Notes: a model not told the origin generated them from the letters alone. A DNA stretch of 45,245 bases from Gemmatimonadales bacterium (GCA_031404115.1 JANNGX010000129.1:1-45245); one strand, 5' to 3'. Counted from the stretch's first letter, positions 9,459-21,747 are shown. A program made the numbers and translations.

Positions 9459-10367
9459 TTGGGATCCTTGTAGGACCACGCTTCCGCTATCTCCGCCGCC
9501 AACTGCTCCACCGGCCGGGTCGCGTCGAGCGTCAGCACCGGCCCCTTGAGCTGATGGCGAAACCAGGTTTCCTGACGTTTGGCGTATTGCCGGGTGCTGA
9601 TCGTGACCGCTTCGGCGACGGACTCCCGGGTGCGCTTGCCGTGCAGGTACTGCACCGCCTCGCGGATGCCCACGCCGTCCAGCCCATGCGCGTCGGGGCC
9701 ATGGCCCTCGCTCAGCACCGCCGCGACCTCTTCGATCAAGCCGCGCCGCACCATCTCCTCCGCGCGCACCCGGATGCGTTGATGCAGCACCGGGCGCGGC
9801 GCGGTGAGCCGCACATACCAGGGCGCGACGGTGCCCTGACCTCGCGCCCGATGATGCCACTCGGACAGCGGATGGCCGGTGAGCAGCGCGATCTCGATGG
9901 CGCGCGAGGCACGCTGACGGCCGCCACCGGCAAATCCGGGGTCGAGGCGCGCCGCCCAGCGCACCAGGTCGCCCGCGTGCAGGCTGCCCACCCAGTGCTC
10001 CAGCTCGCGGCGCTTGTCGGGGTCGAGCGGCGGCTCGATGAACAAGCCGTCCACCAGTCCGCGGATATAGAGGCCGGTTCCTCCCACGATCACCGGGAGT
10101 CGCTGGCGGGCCCGCACCTCCTCGATCCAGCGCACCGCCTCGCGCGCGTACCGGCCCGCGCTGAAGCGCTCGCCCGGCTCGGCAACGTCGACGCCGTGAT
10201 GGGGCACCCGCCGGCGCTCCCGGGGGCCCGGCTTGGCGGTACCGATGTCGAGCCGGCGATACACCTGGCGCGAGTCGGCGGAGATCACCTCGATCGGCAG
10301 GAGCGCGGCCAGCGCCATCGCCACCGCGGTCTTCCCGATCGCGGTGGGCCCGACGATCACCGGGAGC

Positions 10368-10381
<14 letters not shown>
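9455..10381 (-). CDS. miaA: tRNA dimethylallyltransferase
   Basis: GPTAIGKT P-loop, SADSRQVYRRLDIGTAKP, VGGTGLY and YAKRQETWF; follows mutL as usual. Confidence 0.96.
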
Positions 10382-12071
<1,690 letters not shown>

Positions 12072-12075
12072 CGCC

Positions 12076-14394
12076 TCAATCTAACGCGGCCACTGGAGCG
12101 AGGATGTCGGCGGGGACCCAGCCGATCGCGCCGTCGGGCGTCTCGATCAGCCACCATCCTCCCTGCCGGCGATTCAGGCGCACCACGCTGAACGGGAGCA
12201 CCGTTCCCCGCTCCGGCGCCAGACCGTGCGGCGACACCCGGAGGCTCGAGCCGCCCACCAGCACCGCGCGGGGCGTGGCCCGCGCGGCGCGCAGCGAGAA
12301 GCCGGCCACGGCCGCGACACCGGCCAGCACCAGCACCGCGATCCAGAGCGCTCGCAGCGTTCCGGCTCCGATAAACAGCACGACGCCCAGCCAGAGCAGG
12401 AGGAGCGCGACCGCGAGACACTCTTCCGCGTTGAAGGGCCAGCGCGACCCGGCGCTCCGAAGCTGCTGGTGCTCCCGGGCCAGCGCATTCCAGAGCAGCT
12501 CGACGTGGCGATTCCGGGGTGCTCGCTCCCGCGCAATCAGCAGCGCCGCCACCGCCTGGGGATCGTGGCGGGCCATGTATTCCGCCGCCGCCAGATCGTA
12601 CCAGAGCGTAACCGGGGACCTTGCGCTGGCCTCGGCCCGAAATGCATGCGCCGCGGCGGCGTACTCGCCCCGCTGATAGAGCTCGATGCCGGTCTGCGCC
12701 GACACCGGCGCGGGGCGGACCACGGCAACGCCGTGGAACAGGACGATGAGCGCGCCCACACCGGCCAGCCGGCGAAGCCGGGGGGGAATCCTTGCCAGCA
12801 GCGCGTCGATGGCGCGCAGCAGCTCCGGCGCCGCGCGGCCGGTGCCGGCGGGCCCGAATCGCTCCGCCTCGAGGCTCGCGTGCAGCGCGATCAGCCGCTC
12901 GGCTTCCTCGCGATCGACGCCGGCCTCGCGCAATGCCCCGACCAGCGCCCGGGGCGTGGCACCTCCCGCGGTCCGCGCCAGCGATTCCACCAGACGCTCC
13001 AGCCGCTCGGCGGGATCGCCTTCAGAGGCCGGGGCACGGCGGCGCCGGGGGCGGCTCCTGAGCCACGCGACCAGCGCCATCACAACCAGCGGCGCCGCGA
13101 CCAATCCGGTCAGGAGCAATGGATCGAGGCCGGTGATGCGTTCCGCCAGCGGCACCGGTCCGGTCTGCTCGATGGGTACCGGCGTGCCCCGCTCGCCCAC
13201 GGGAGCGGCCTCCAGAACCGGGACCAGGATTCCCGGCGCGCGAGCCGACCGGTACGATCCGCTGCCGGGATCGAAGTAGGGATACTCGAGCGGCGGGAGC
13301 GACAGGCTTCCGGCGGAATCGGGCACCACCGCAAATCGGAATCGCTTGCTGCCGCCGAGCCATGGGCCGGAGGGACGGAGGGCGCCATCGGTCCCTTCTT
13401 CGTAGACTCGCGCGCCGGCGGGCCACGCCGCCTTGGGACTCGGCCACAGCTGCAGATTGCCGGCACCACTCACCACGATATCCACCTGCAGCACCGTGGC
13501 GGCGCGGGCCGAGCTCTGCGCCAGGCGGTATTCCACGGCCATCCCTCGAGCCACCGGGCCGTCGAACGCCGGGGGCCGCCCGGCCGCTGGCAAATCCCGC
13601 ACGACCAGCGCGGCGGGCGGGCTCTCGACACTCTGGCGGCGGTCGTCTCCGGAAGCGGGTCGGCCGGGCTGCACCCAGCTGAGTCGCGCCCGGGGGATGG
13701 TGAGCGGGCCGGGATTGAGCGGATAGACGGTCTGGAACCCCACGAAGAGATCGTAGGTCTCCCCATCCACCACTCGGCTGGCCACCGCGCCGGGCACCGA
13801 GGCCCGGGGCGAGGAGAAAACCCCTGGCAGCGCCGGCGGCGTGAGTGAGGGCGGCTGCCGCAACCGGAGCCTGAGGCCTCGCGGCAGCCACGCGGCGGTG
13901 AGCACGTTCAGTTGATCGCCGGCAAAGACATTGTCGCTCGACGTCACCACGAACACCGACGGAACGGACGGTCGCGGCGCTGGCACCCGGGATATCAACG
14001 CGAGCAGATCGGACTCCAGCCCGGGCGCGGCGCCCGAGGAGGCGCTGACCACGGTCACCGAGACCGCCGGTGAGGAGCCCGAGGCCTCCCCCTGCTCCAC
14101 CGCGAAGGGCCCGAGGTCCCAGGTGCCGACGAGCTCGGCGCGCAGGTCCAGTTCCAGGGTATAGGTCCGCGTGGCCTCCCGTGCGACCACGACGTCGGTC
14201 CGCTCCCGGCGCTCCACCAGCGCGAAGCCGTCGAGTGCCGGAAGCTCGAACCGGAAGGCCGCGGTGGAATGCCCGGTGGCCTTGACCGTGAGAACGACGA
14301 TTTCGCCAACCGCAACGCGGTCGCGATCCACCACGGCGGTCACATCCAGCGCCGGCGTCTGCAGCGCAATCAGCGCAACGAGCGACAGCATCAC
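12076..14394 (-). CDS. BatD-like protein with fused BatE-like TPR/TM/SH3 C-terminus
   Basis: VDRDRVAVGE...GTWDLGPFAV and GSLSLPP.EYPYFDP (BatD-like); then YQRGEY...WYDLAAA (TPR), TM helices and WWLIETPDGAIGWVP (SH3-like); located in a moxR/VWA operon. Confidence 0.75.
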   Translation of the reverse strand: MMLSLVALIALQTPALDVTAVVDRDRVAVGEIVVLTVKATGHSTAAFRFELPALDGFALVERRERTDVVVAREATRTYTLELDLRAELVGTWDLGPFAVEQGEASGSSPAVSVTVVSASSGAAPGLESDLLALISRVPAPRPSVPSVFVVTSSDNVFAGDQLNVLTAAWLPRGLRLRLRQPPSLTPPALPGVFSSPRASVPGAVASRVVDGETYDLFVGFQTVYPLNPGPLTIPRARLSWVQPGRPASGDDRRQSVESPPAALVVRDLPAAGRPPAFDGPVARGMAVEYRLAQSSARAATVLQVDIVVSGAGNLQLWPSPKAAWPAGARVYEEGTDGALRPSGPWLGGSKRFRFAVVPDSAGSLSLPPLEYPYFDPGSGSYRSARAPGILVPVLEAAPVGERGTPVPIEQTGPVPLAERITGLDPLLLTGLVAAPLVVMALVAWLRSRPRRRRAPASEGDPAERLERLVESLARTAGGATPRALVGALREAGVDREEAERLIALHASLEAERFGPAGTGRAAPELLRAIDALLARIPPRLRRLAGVGALIVLFHGVAVVRPAPVSAQTGIELYQRGEYAAAAHAFRAEASARSPVTLWYDLAAAEYMARHDPQAVAALLIARERAPRNRHVELLWNALAREHQQLRSAGSRWPFNAEECLAVALLLLWLGVVLFIGAGTLRALWIAVLVLAGVAAVAGFSLRAARATPRAVLVGGSSLRVSPHGLAPERGTVLPFSVVRLNRRQGGWWLIETPDGAIGWVPADILAPVAALD

Positions 14395-16004
14395 CAGTCC
14401 TTGCCCGAGGCGCTTGGGGCCACCCGGCGGCGGCGCGCCTGGTCGGCGCGAACGTCACGCTCGGTGCGCTCCACCGAATTGAGGATCTGGTCCGCTTCGG
14501 CCTGGGACAGCACGCCGCTGCCCCGGGGGCTCGGCGTGGCCGGAGCGCTGGGCTGCGGGCGAGGCGGCGGCGTGGCGCCGCCGCCCCCGCCGCTGGGCGG
14601 CGGGGTGCGCTGCTGCACCAGCTCGAGATTCCACTTGGCTTCCGCGGAGCGCGGGGTCAGCAGCAGCGCCTCGCGAAACTGCTCGGCGGCGCTCTGTTCC
14701 AGCGCCGCCCGCTTGCCGGTGTCGGCGCGCGCCTCCAGCATGTCGGTGAGGCCGAGGTTGTACAGGGCGCGGAAGCGCAGCTCGGGATCGAGCGACTTGG
14801 CCGCCTGGGCCAGCCACTGGCGCGCCGCCGCGAACTGCCGATTGGCCAGCGCGGCGGTTCCGGCGTTGAAGAGCGCCGTGTCCTTCGCCGTCAGGCGTGC
14901 CGCGTCCCTGCTGTACGCCACAATGGCGCCGGCGGTATCCCCGCGGCGCAGCAGGCGGTCGCCGGCCGACGGGCGCTGCGCCGTCGCGGTCCCCGAGCCG
15001 GCCATCAGCGCCAGCACCGCCAGCGCGGGACCCCTGCGAAGCAGTGCCTGAAGGCCCAGCAGCCCGATGGCCGCCAGCGCAAAGAGCCAGGCGCGCGGGG
15101 TGAGGTCCTCACGGCGACGCTCCCGGATAGCGCGCCGTTCGAGACCGGCCAGGACGCTGCGCACCGCGCCGGCCTGGTCGGCCGCGTCGCCGGGCACCAG
15201 GATGCCGCCCGCCGCATCCACGACCGCGCGGAGGATGTCGTCCCGGCGCGAGGTGTGCACGATCCGTCCTTCGGCGTCGGTCTTGAACCCCGTGAGCTCG
15301 CCCCGCTCGTCACGGAGCGGAATCCGGGCCGGGGCGCTGTCGCCCTCCCCCACCAGTACCAGCGTGACGCCGGCGGAGCGGAGCGCGCGCGCCGCCGCGA
15401 TGGCGGCATCGAGAGGACCGTGGGTCTCTCCATCCGTAAAGAGCACCAGCGCTTTCGCGCCGCCTTCCGCCGCGGCGGTGAGCAGGCCCCTTCCCTGCGC
15501 CATGACCGCCTCCAGATCGGTGCCGCCTTCGCTCGCGATGTCCGGCTCGAGCGCGTCGAGCTGGAGCGATACCGCCCCGTCGTCCAGCGTCAACGGCGTC
15601 ATGATGTAGCTGCGTCCCGCGAAGGCGAGAAGCGCCAGGCGATCGCCGCGGGCATCCTGCACCAGCCGGCGGGACTCCCGGATCGCGCGCTGCAGCCGAT
15701 TGGGCGCGACGTCTTCCGCCAGCATCGAACGACTGATGTCGATGCCGATGGCAAGATTGAGCGCCCGGCCTTCCATCTCGGTTTCGGTCGTGCCCCAGCG
15801 CGGGCCCGCCGCACCCACGCCGGCCACCAGGCAGGAGGCGCCCAGCAGCCAGGGCCCGGCGCGGCCCCCGCGGGCCACCCGCTGTTCGGGTGCCCAGAGG
15901 AGCGCCGCGCGGATCCGGGCCCGGCGGGTCCGCCAGGCGAGCAGTCCGGCGGCCAGCGCCACGAAGGGCGCGAGCATGAGCAGCACGATCGAGTCGATGC
16001 TCAC
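14391..16004 (-). CDS. VWA domain protein BatB-like fused to BatC-like TPR domain
   Basis: DISRSMLAEDVAPNRL MIDAS, PLTLD, FTDGE; C-terminal FNAG, LYNLG and AKWNLEL TPR repeats; terminal KDW. Confidence 0.82.
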   Translation of the reverse strand: MSIDSIVLLMLAPFVALAAGLLAWRTRRARIRAALLWAPEQRVARGGRAGPWLLGASCLVAGVGAAGPRWGTTETEMEGRALNLAIGIDISRSMLAEDVAPNRLQRAIRESRRLVQDARGDRLALLAFAGRSYIMTPLTLDDGAVSLQLDALEPDIASEGGTDLEAVMAQGRGLLTAAAEGGAKALVLFTDGETHGPLDAAIAAARALRSAGVTLVLVGEGDSAPARIPLRDERGELTGFKTDAEGRIVHTSRRDDILRAVVDAAGGILVPGDAADQAGAVRSVLAGLERRAIRERRREDLTPRAWLFALAAIGLLGLQALLRRGPALAVLALMAGSGTATAQRPSAGDRLLRRGDTAGAIVAYSRDAARLTAKDTALFNAGTAALANRQFAAARQWLAQAAKSLDPELRFRALYNLGLTDMLEARADTGKRAALEQSAAEQFREALLLTPRSAEAKWNLELVQQRTPPPSGGGGGATPPPRPQPSAPATPSPRGSGVLSQAEADQILNSVERTERDVRADQARRRRVAPSASGKDW

Positions 16005-16969
16005 GGGGCCCGGACCAGTACCGTGGAGCCGAGCAGCAGCGCTACGGCCATCGCGCCAAGGCCGGCGAGCAGGAACGGCCTGGGGGACTCGTCGGCGGCA
16101 CGGTACTGTTTCGCATCGACCCTGGTGCGCTCGAGCGCATCGATCTGCTGGAAGATCCGGCCCAGGGATTCGGTATCGGTGGCGCGGAAGTAGCGGCCCC
16201 CGGTCTTGTCCGCGATGTCCTTGAGCAGCACTTCGTCGATTTCCACCGGAAGCATCTCGTAGCGAAAACCCGAGAGGCCACGCCCGGTGGGCATCCGGGC
16301 CTCTCCCCGGGTACCCACGGCGACGGAGTACACCTTGATGCCGAACGCTGCCGCCGCGTCCCCCGCGGTGCGGGGATCGATCGCCCCGCGGTTGTTGACC
16401 CCGTCGGTGAGCAGCAGCACCACTTTGGATTTCGCGGGAACCCGCCGCAGGCGATTGACCGCGGTCGCGAGCCCGCTGCCGATGGCGGTGCCGTCCTCCA
16501 GCGTGCCCACCCGGAGGGCCAGGACCGCCTGCTCCAGCACCGCGTAGTCCAGCGTCACCGGAATCTGCGTCAGCGCCTCACCGGCAAATGCCACCAGTCC
16601 GATCCGATCGGCGCTGCGGCCGCGAATGAACGCGACCGCCTGGCGTTTGGCGACCTCCAGCCGGTTCGAGGGGGCAAAGTCCTCCGCCAGCATGCTGCTC
16701 GAAACATCGATCGCGATGACGATGGCGATCCCGTCCTTCCGGACCGTCGTGGGCCCGCCGGGAAGCCGGGGGCCCGCCGCGGCCACGATCCAGCCTGCGA
16801 GTGCCAGGGAGCGCAGGACCCGGGGAATCCAGGTCAGCCACGAGCGTCCCGCCGCGGCCGCGGGAATGGCGCCGTCGCCCACGGTGACCGCCGCGCCCCG
16901 CCGCCGGAACAGCAGGAGCAGCAGCGGGAGTGCCAGCAGCAAAAGCAGCACCGGGCGTGCAAAGCTCAT
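16001..16969 (-). CDS. batA: VWA domain protein BatA-like
   Basis: DVSSSMLAEDF, DRIGLVAFAG, GTAIGSGL, LLTDGVNN and TGGRYFRA; ATG 16969 overlaps the upstream stop. Confidence 0.85.
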   Translation of the reverse strand: MSFARPVLLLLLALPLLLLLFRRRGAAVTVGDGAIPAAAAGRSWLTWIPRVLRSLALAGWIVAAAGPRLPGGPTTVRKDGIAIVIAIDVSSSMLAEDFAPSNRLEVAKRQAVAFIRGRSADRIGLVAFAGEALTQIPVTLDYAVLEQAVLALRVGTLEDGTAIGSGLATAVNRLRRVPAKSKVVLLLTDGVNNRGAIDPRTAGDAAAAFGIKVYSVAVGTRGEARMPTGRGLSGFRYEMLPVEIDEVLLKDIADKTGGRYFRATDTESLGRIFQQIDALERTRVDAKQYRAADESPRPFLLAGLGAMAVALLLGSTVLVRAP

Positions 16970-17700
16970 GCGACGGCGAGCCTCGCCGCGCGCTGATACA
17001 GCGCGGCGAGCTCTCCCTCCCCGCGGGGGGCAAAGCTGCTGAACGAGATATCGTCCAGCATCCGTTGCAGCTCGGCGGTCTGGGCAAGATCCTGGCTCTT
17101 CCGCATCCGGTCCGACAGCAGCCACGCCAGCTCGTGCAGCGCGGCGCGGTATTCACCGTGCGCGGCCCAAGCCTCGAAGGTCGCGAGCGGAGGGCCGCCC
17201 GGCGCGGGAGTACGCGGCCTGGGCACCCGCCCCCTGCGTCTCCACCGCAGCGCCGCCACTCCGGCAACCAGAAGCACCGCGAGCACCAGCACGGCGAGCG
17301 GGAGAATCGTGCGGTCCTCGAGCGGCACTGCCGCCCGGGCCGGACGCGGATCCAGCCGCGAACGGCTGACTCCCGCGGGCAGCACGCTGGCCACCCGGAC
17401 CCGGACCGGGGCCGCGGCGAGGGTGTCAGAGCTTCCGTCTCGTCGCACCAGGACCGGCCCCGGCATCCTGAGCTGATGCTCCCCGGGGTACCAGAACACC
17501 ATCGGGTAGCGGACCAGGGCGCCGTTGCCCCCGAGTTCCACGATCGCGGACCCGAGCTGCTGCCCCAGCGCGCCGAGTGACCAGGACTGGGGCCGGATCA
17601 CCGCGCTCCCCACGTTGGTTACGGGACGTTCCACCCACACCGTATCGCCGACGCTGGGCAGGCCCGCCTGGAGCAGCATGAGGAGCCGGGCGGTCATCAC
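16966..17700 (-). CDS. Hypothetical single-TM protein of the bat operon
   Basis: Coupled to DUF58 and batA by stop/start overlaps; one TM followed by RWRRR; position is typical of bat clusters. Confidence 0.7.
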   Translation of the reverse strand: MMTARLLMLLQAGLPSVGDTVWVERPVTNVGSAVIRPQSWSLGALGQQLGSAIVELGGNGALVRYPMVFWYPGEHQLRMPGPVLVRRDGSSDTLAAAPVRVRVASVLPAGVSRSRLDPRPARAAVPLEDRTILPLAVLVLAVLLVAGVAALRWRRRGRVPRPRTPAPGGPPLATFEAWAAHGEYRAALHELAWLLSDRMRKSQDLAQTAELQRMLDDISFSSFAPRGEGELAALYQRAARLAVA

Positions 17701-18587
17701 CGCTTCCCTCCCCGATGACGGCGGCGCCGGCCGAACGCTCTCCGTAACACCAGTCCATAGTCGCTGGCCACGTCGAGGGAGATCTGCTGCACACCGGCCC
17801 CGCGAAGCCGCTCGGAACGCTGGGCCCGGCGCGCTTCCGCCGCCGCGCGCCAGCGGCGGACGGCGGCGGCGCTTCCGGTATTCACCAGTGCGCGGCGCCC
17901 GTTCTCGGCGTCTTCCATTTCAATCCAGCCGGCCCGCGGCGGATCCAGCTCCCGGGGATCATCCACCGTGATCGCGATGACTTCATGACGGGCTGCCAGC
18001 TCGCGAAGCGCCTTCTCCCACCCTTCCGCAAGAAAATCGGACAGGATGACCACGACGCTGCGATGACCCAGCACGTTCGAGGCATAGTGAATGGCCTGCA
18101 CCAGATTGGTGCCTCGTCGTTCACTCGCAAAGGCCAGGAGGTCCCGAATGAGCCGAAGCGCGTGGCGGCGGCCCTTGGCCGGCCGCACCACGTGTTCGAC
18201 CCGGTCGCTGAAGAGGAGCGCGCCGACCCGGTCCTGCTCCCGGGCGCCCGCCAGCGCCAGCACCGCGGCGACCTCCGCCGAGCGCGCCGCCTTGGTGACC
18301 GGCGCGCCGACCCGGGTCGAGCCCGACTGGTCGATCATCAGCAGCAGCGTGAGCTCGCGTTCTTCGGTGAAGATCTTGACGTGCGGGGAGCCGAGGCGCG
18401 CGGAGACGTTCCAGTCGATGGCGCGGAAGTCATCGCCCTGTTCGTAGGCGCGGACTTCGGCAAACTCCATTCCCTGCCCCCGGAAGACGCTGCGGAATTC
18501 GCCCGAGAAGAGCGAATCCACCACGCCGCGGGTGCGAAGGGCGATGCCCTTGACCTGCTTGAGGAGCTCGGCGGGGACGGGCGGCAA
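17697..18587 (-). CDS. DUF58 domain protein
   Basis: GEFRSVFRGQGMEFAEVRAYEQGDDFRAIDWNVSAR, EEREL, DQSGS and ILSDF. Confidence 0.93.
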   Translation of the reverse strand: MPPVPAELLKQVKGIALRTRGVVDSLFSGEFRSVFRGQGMEFAEVRAYEQGDDFRAIDWNVSARLGSPHVKIFTEERELTLLLMIDQSGSTRVGAPVTKAARSAEVAAVLALAGAREQDRVGALLFSDRVEHVVRPAKGRRHALRLIRDLLAFASERRGTNLVQAIHYASNVLGHRSVVVILSDFLAEGWEKALRELAARHEVIAITVDDPRELDPPRAGWIEMEDAENGRRALVNTGSAAAVRRWRAAAEARRAQRSERLRGAGVQQISLDVASDYGLVLRRAFGRRRRHRGGKR

Positions 18588-19577
18588 TCAGGGGGCCTTC
18601 ACCGCCCCGAGGAGCTGCGCAATCACCCCGTCGGACGAGACGTCCTCCGCCTCGGCCTCGAAGGTGAGCACCAGACGGTGGCGCAGTACGTCGCCGGCCA
18701 GCGCCCGGATATCCTCGGGCACCACAAACGAGCGGCCCTGCAGAAACGCATAGGCGCGGGAGGCCTGGGCAAACGAAATCGACGCGCGGGGCGACGCCCC
18801 GAACGCGATGAGCGGCGCCAGCGCGGGCAGCCCGACGCTCGCGGGCTCGCGGGTGGCGCGGACCAGGTCCACGATGTAATCCACCAGGCGCTGGTCCAGG
18901 TGGATGCCCGCAATCGCCTTGCGCGCCGACAGGATGCCGGCCGGGTCGAGCACCCGCTTGACCGGGATCGGCTCGCCCCCGCTCATCCGGACCAGCACCT
19001 CCCGCTCCTCGAGGCGCGTGGGGTACTCGACGCGCACCTTGAAGAGGAAGCGGTCGAGCTGCGCCTCCGGCAGCGGATAGGTGCCTTCCTGCTCGATCGG
19101 ATTCTGGGTGGCCAGGACCAGGAACGGCTCGGGCAGCGGGTAGGTGGTGCCGCCGATGGTGACCTGGCGCTCCTGCATCGCCTCCAGCAGCGCGGACTGC
19201 ACCTTGGCCGGCGCGCGGTTGATCTCGTCCGCCAGCACGATGTGCGCAAACAGCGGGCCCTTCTTGGGGTAGAACTCCTGATTCTTCGGGTCGAACACCA
19301 TGGTGCCAACCACGTCGGCCGGGAGCAGATCGGGAGTAAACTGGATCCGCGAGAAGCTGGCGTGGAGCACCTCGGCGAGGGTGCGCACCGCCAGGGTCTT
19401 GGCCAGACCCGGCACCCCCTCCAGCAGCACGTGCCCGCCGGTGAGCAGGCCGATCATCAGCCGCTCCACCATGACCGTCTGCCCCACGAGACGCCGTCCG
19501 ACCTCCTCCGTCACCTGGCGGAGTGGAATCGATTCGGGCGCGGGCTGGTCGGATCGGGGAACGGGCTGGGCCATCAC
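18588..19577 (-). CDS. moxR: MoxR family AAA+ ATPase
   Basis: GHVLLEGVPGLAKT, RIQFTPDLLP, LADEINRA, QSALLEAMQE and ATQNPIEQEGTYPLPEAQLDRF. Confidence 0.96.
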   Translation of the reverse strand: MMAQPVPRSDQPAPESIPLRQVTEEVGRRLVGQTVMVERLMIGLLTGGHVLLEGVPGLAKTLAVRTLAEVLHASFSRIQFTPDLLPADVVGTMVFDPKNQEFYPKKGPLFAHIVLADEINRAPAKVQSALLEAMQERQVTIGGTTYPLPEPFLVLATQNPIEQEGTYPLPEAQLDRFLFKVRVEYPTRLEEREVLVRMSGGEPIPVKRVLDPAGILSARKAIAGIHLDQRLVDYIVDLVRATREPASVGLPALAPLIAFGASPRASISFAQASRAYAFLQGRSFVVPEDIRALAGDVLRHRLVLTFEAEAEDVSSDGVIAQLLGAVKAP

Positions 19578-19601
19578 GAACCTCGGAGTGAGAACAGGGA
19601 T

Positions 19602-20315
19602 TTACTTGATCGCCCGGTAGATTGCCTTTTCCTCGGCGGGCGTGAGCGGACGCCACTTGCCGACCGGCAGCTCGCCCAGGCGAATCGGCCCGTACGACAG
19701 CCGCGCCAGGCGCTCCACCTTGAGCCCCAGCTCCTCGGCCCAGCGCCGCACGATGTGCTTGCGACCCTCCGCGAGGGTGACGTCCACGATGCTGCGTCCC
19801 TCCACACCAGGACGGACCCGGACCGCGAGGGGTTCCACCGGCCGGCCCTCGATTACTACGCGGCCTTTCACGGCGGCGACAATCTCGCCCGTCGAGCGGC
19901 CGTGGACCAGCGCGGTGTACCGGCGCGGGACGTGGTACTTGGGATGACTGAGGCGCTGGACCGCGTCTCCATCGGTGGTGAGGAGCAGGAGCCCGGTGGT
20001 CATGACGTCGAGGCGCCCCACGTAGGTAAGCCCCTGTCCCTTGGGAACGAAGTCGAACACGGTGCGGCGGCCCTCTTCATCCTGCGCCGTCGTGACCACC
20101 CCGAGCGGCTTGTGAAAGAGGATCCACTTCTTGGGCTTCTGGGTGACGCGCTTTCCCTTGACGGTGATCACCTGCGTGTCGGGATCGACCTTGGAGCCAA
20201 GCGTGGCCACCTCGCCATCGACCCGGACCACGCCGTTCTCGATGAGCGTTTCGGCAGCGCGGCGCGAGGCGACCCCCGCCTGCGCCAGCGCGCGCTGCAC
20301 CCGCATCAGCGTCAT
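19602..20315 (-). CDS. rluB: S4-domain rRNA pseudouridine synthase (RsuA/RluB family)
   Basis: S4 domain GVASRRAAE, HKPLG, catalytic VGRLD, EGRKH; scpA-scpB-rluB synteny. Confidence 0.88.
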   Translation of the reverse strand: MTLMRVQRALAQAGVASRRAAETLIENGVVRVDGEVATLGSKVDPDTQVITVKGKRVTQKPKKWILFHKPLGVVTTAQDEEGRRTVFDFVPKGQGLTYVGRLDVMTTGLLLLTTDGDAVQRLSHPKYHVPRRYTALVHGRSTGEIVAAVKGRVVIEGRPVEPLAVRVRPGVEGRSIVDVTLAEGRKHIVRRWAEELGLKVERLARLSYGPIRLGELPVGKWRPLTPAEEKAIYRAIK

Positions 20316-20899
20316 GCGTCCGCCGCGACGTACGCCGCGGACTCATCGTCCGGGCCCGCGGTTTCGGCCTTGTAGGGCTGCAGCGCGATGGTGAGCTCTT
20401 CGGCACGCGGCAGATTGGCGAGATCGGGCAGACCCAGGAGCTCGAGGAAGAGCGGCGTGGTGCCGTAGAGCAGCGGCCGGCCCAGCCCCTCACTCCGGCC
20501 GGTGACTTCGATGAGCCCGCGCTCCTGCAGCGACCGCAGCACGCCGCTGGCCGATACTCCACGGATCTCCTCGATCTCGGCGCGGCCCACCGGCTGCCGG
20601 TAGGCAATGACGGCCAGCGTCTCCAGCGTCGCGGCGGTGAGCCTGGGCTGCCGACCGCCAAGCTGGGCCCGCTCGATCGCGGCGGCAAACGCCGGACGCG
20701 AAAGGATCTGATACCCTCCGCCCAGCTCGACCAGCTCCACACCGTGGCCATCGAAGTCGTAATGCTCCCGCAGTTGCTCGAGGGCGGCGCGAACCTCGTC
20801 GAGCGAAGTGTCGGGATCCAGGGTAACGAGCTCTTCGGCCGTTACCGGGCGGGCCGCGGCAAAGAGCGCGGCTTCAATCAGCTGGGCGAGGGGATTCAC
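20312..20899 (-). CDS. scpB: SMC-Scp complex subunit ScpB
   Basis: IEAALFAA, LETLAVIAYRQPV.RAEIEEIRGV and GRPLLYGTT. Confidence 0.96.
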   Translation of the reverse strand: MNPLAQLIEAALFAAARPVTAEELVTLDPDTSLDEVRAALEQLREHYDFDGHGVELVELGGGYQILSRPAFAAAIERAQLGGRQPRLTAATLETLAVIAYRQPVGRAEIEEIRGVSASGVLRSLQERGLIEVTGRSEGLGRPLLYGTTPLFLELLGLPDLANLPRAEELTIALQPYKAETAGPDDESAAYVAADA

Positions 20900-21695
20900 G
20901 GCGAATCACGAGCGGCGTAAACACCGCGGGTTGGGTCATGAAGCACTGCCCGCGCTTGGCAAGCTCGAGCAGGGCGAGGAGGAGCGAGAGCACATCGGTG
21001 ATGCTGGGCCTGGGCCCCAGGGCCTCGGTCCAGATGAATTCCTCGCGCTCGGCGAGCAGCGCGTGCACTCGGAGCGCGGCGCCCTCGACGTTGAGCGGGC
21101 GTGCCACCACGCTGTGAAAGACCGGGTGGAGAATCGAGGACACGACCCGCTGCACCGCGGTGAGCAGGTCGAGAAGGTCGAGCGTGAGCGGCAACGGGGG
21201 CAGCTCGGGCGGCGGCGGCAGATAGCCCCGCGCAAAGCTGAGCGCGCGCCGGTCCGCGGCCGCGGCCATCCAGTGCGCGATCTCCCGGATCTGCTGGTAC
21301 TCCAGCAACCGCCGCACCAGCTCGGCGCGGGGATCCTCCCATTCCTCGCCATCCTGATTGCGGGGCAGGAGCATCTGCACCTTGAGCCGCACCAGCCGGC
21401 TCGCCATCTCGAGGTAGTCGGCCGCCTGATTGAGTCCGAGATGCTTGATGGCCGAGAGAAATTGATCGGCGATCCGCGCAATCGGAATGTCGGCGATGTC
21501 AATCTGTTCTTCGCGGAGGAGATGCAGCAGCAGATCGAGCGGACCGTTGAATGTGTCCAGCCGAACCACGAACCCCAGGCTTCCCAGTATCGCCGCCGCC
21601 TCGGGAGAGGAGGGCGCCGGCCCGTTATCCCGGGCATCCGGAAGCAAGGCGGTGAGCGGGGCCGAGGCGGTCATGTCCGAAAGATGTTCCATCAC
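20874..21695 (-). CDS. scpA: Segregation and condensation protein A
   Basis: FNGPLDLLLHL, YLEMASRL..LK..MLLP, DPRAELVRRLLEY and LALLELAK; exact start uncertain (21695/21692/21674). Confidence 0.93.
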   Translation of the reverse strand: MMEHLSDMTASAPLTALLPDARDNGPAPSSPEAAAILGSLGFVVRLDTFNGPLDLLLHLLREEQIDIADIPIARIADQFLSAIKHLGLNQAADYLEMASRLVRLKVQMLLPRNQDGEEWEDPRAELVRRLLEYQQIREIAHWMAAAADRRALSFARGYLPPPPELPPLPLTLDLLDLLTAVQRVVSSILHPVFHSVVARPLNVEGAALRVHALLAEREEFIWTEALGPRPSITDVLSLLLALLELAKRGQCFMTQPAVFTPLVIRRESPRPAD

Positions 21696-21718
21696 AGGCC
21701 GGACGTCAACTCGCTCAC

Positions 21719-21747
21719 TTGCGTCAAGATATTGCCGGGACTATACT
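21719..21747 (+). promoter_or_regulatory. Sigma70-type promoter for rpsT
   Basis: TTGCGT-N17-TATACT, 66 nt upstream of the rpsT GTG. Confidence 0.65.

Noticed and set aside
17985-20375. 796-aa plus-strand ORF
   Set aside because: Antisense shadow of DUF58/moxR/rluB; no recognisable motifs; expected in high-GC DNA.
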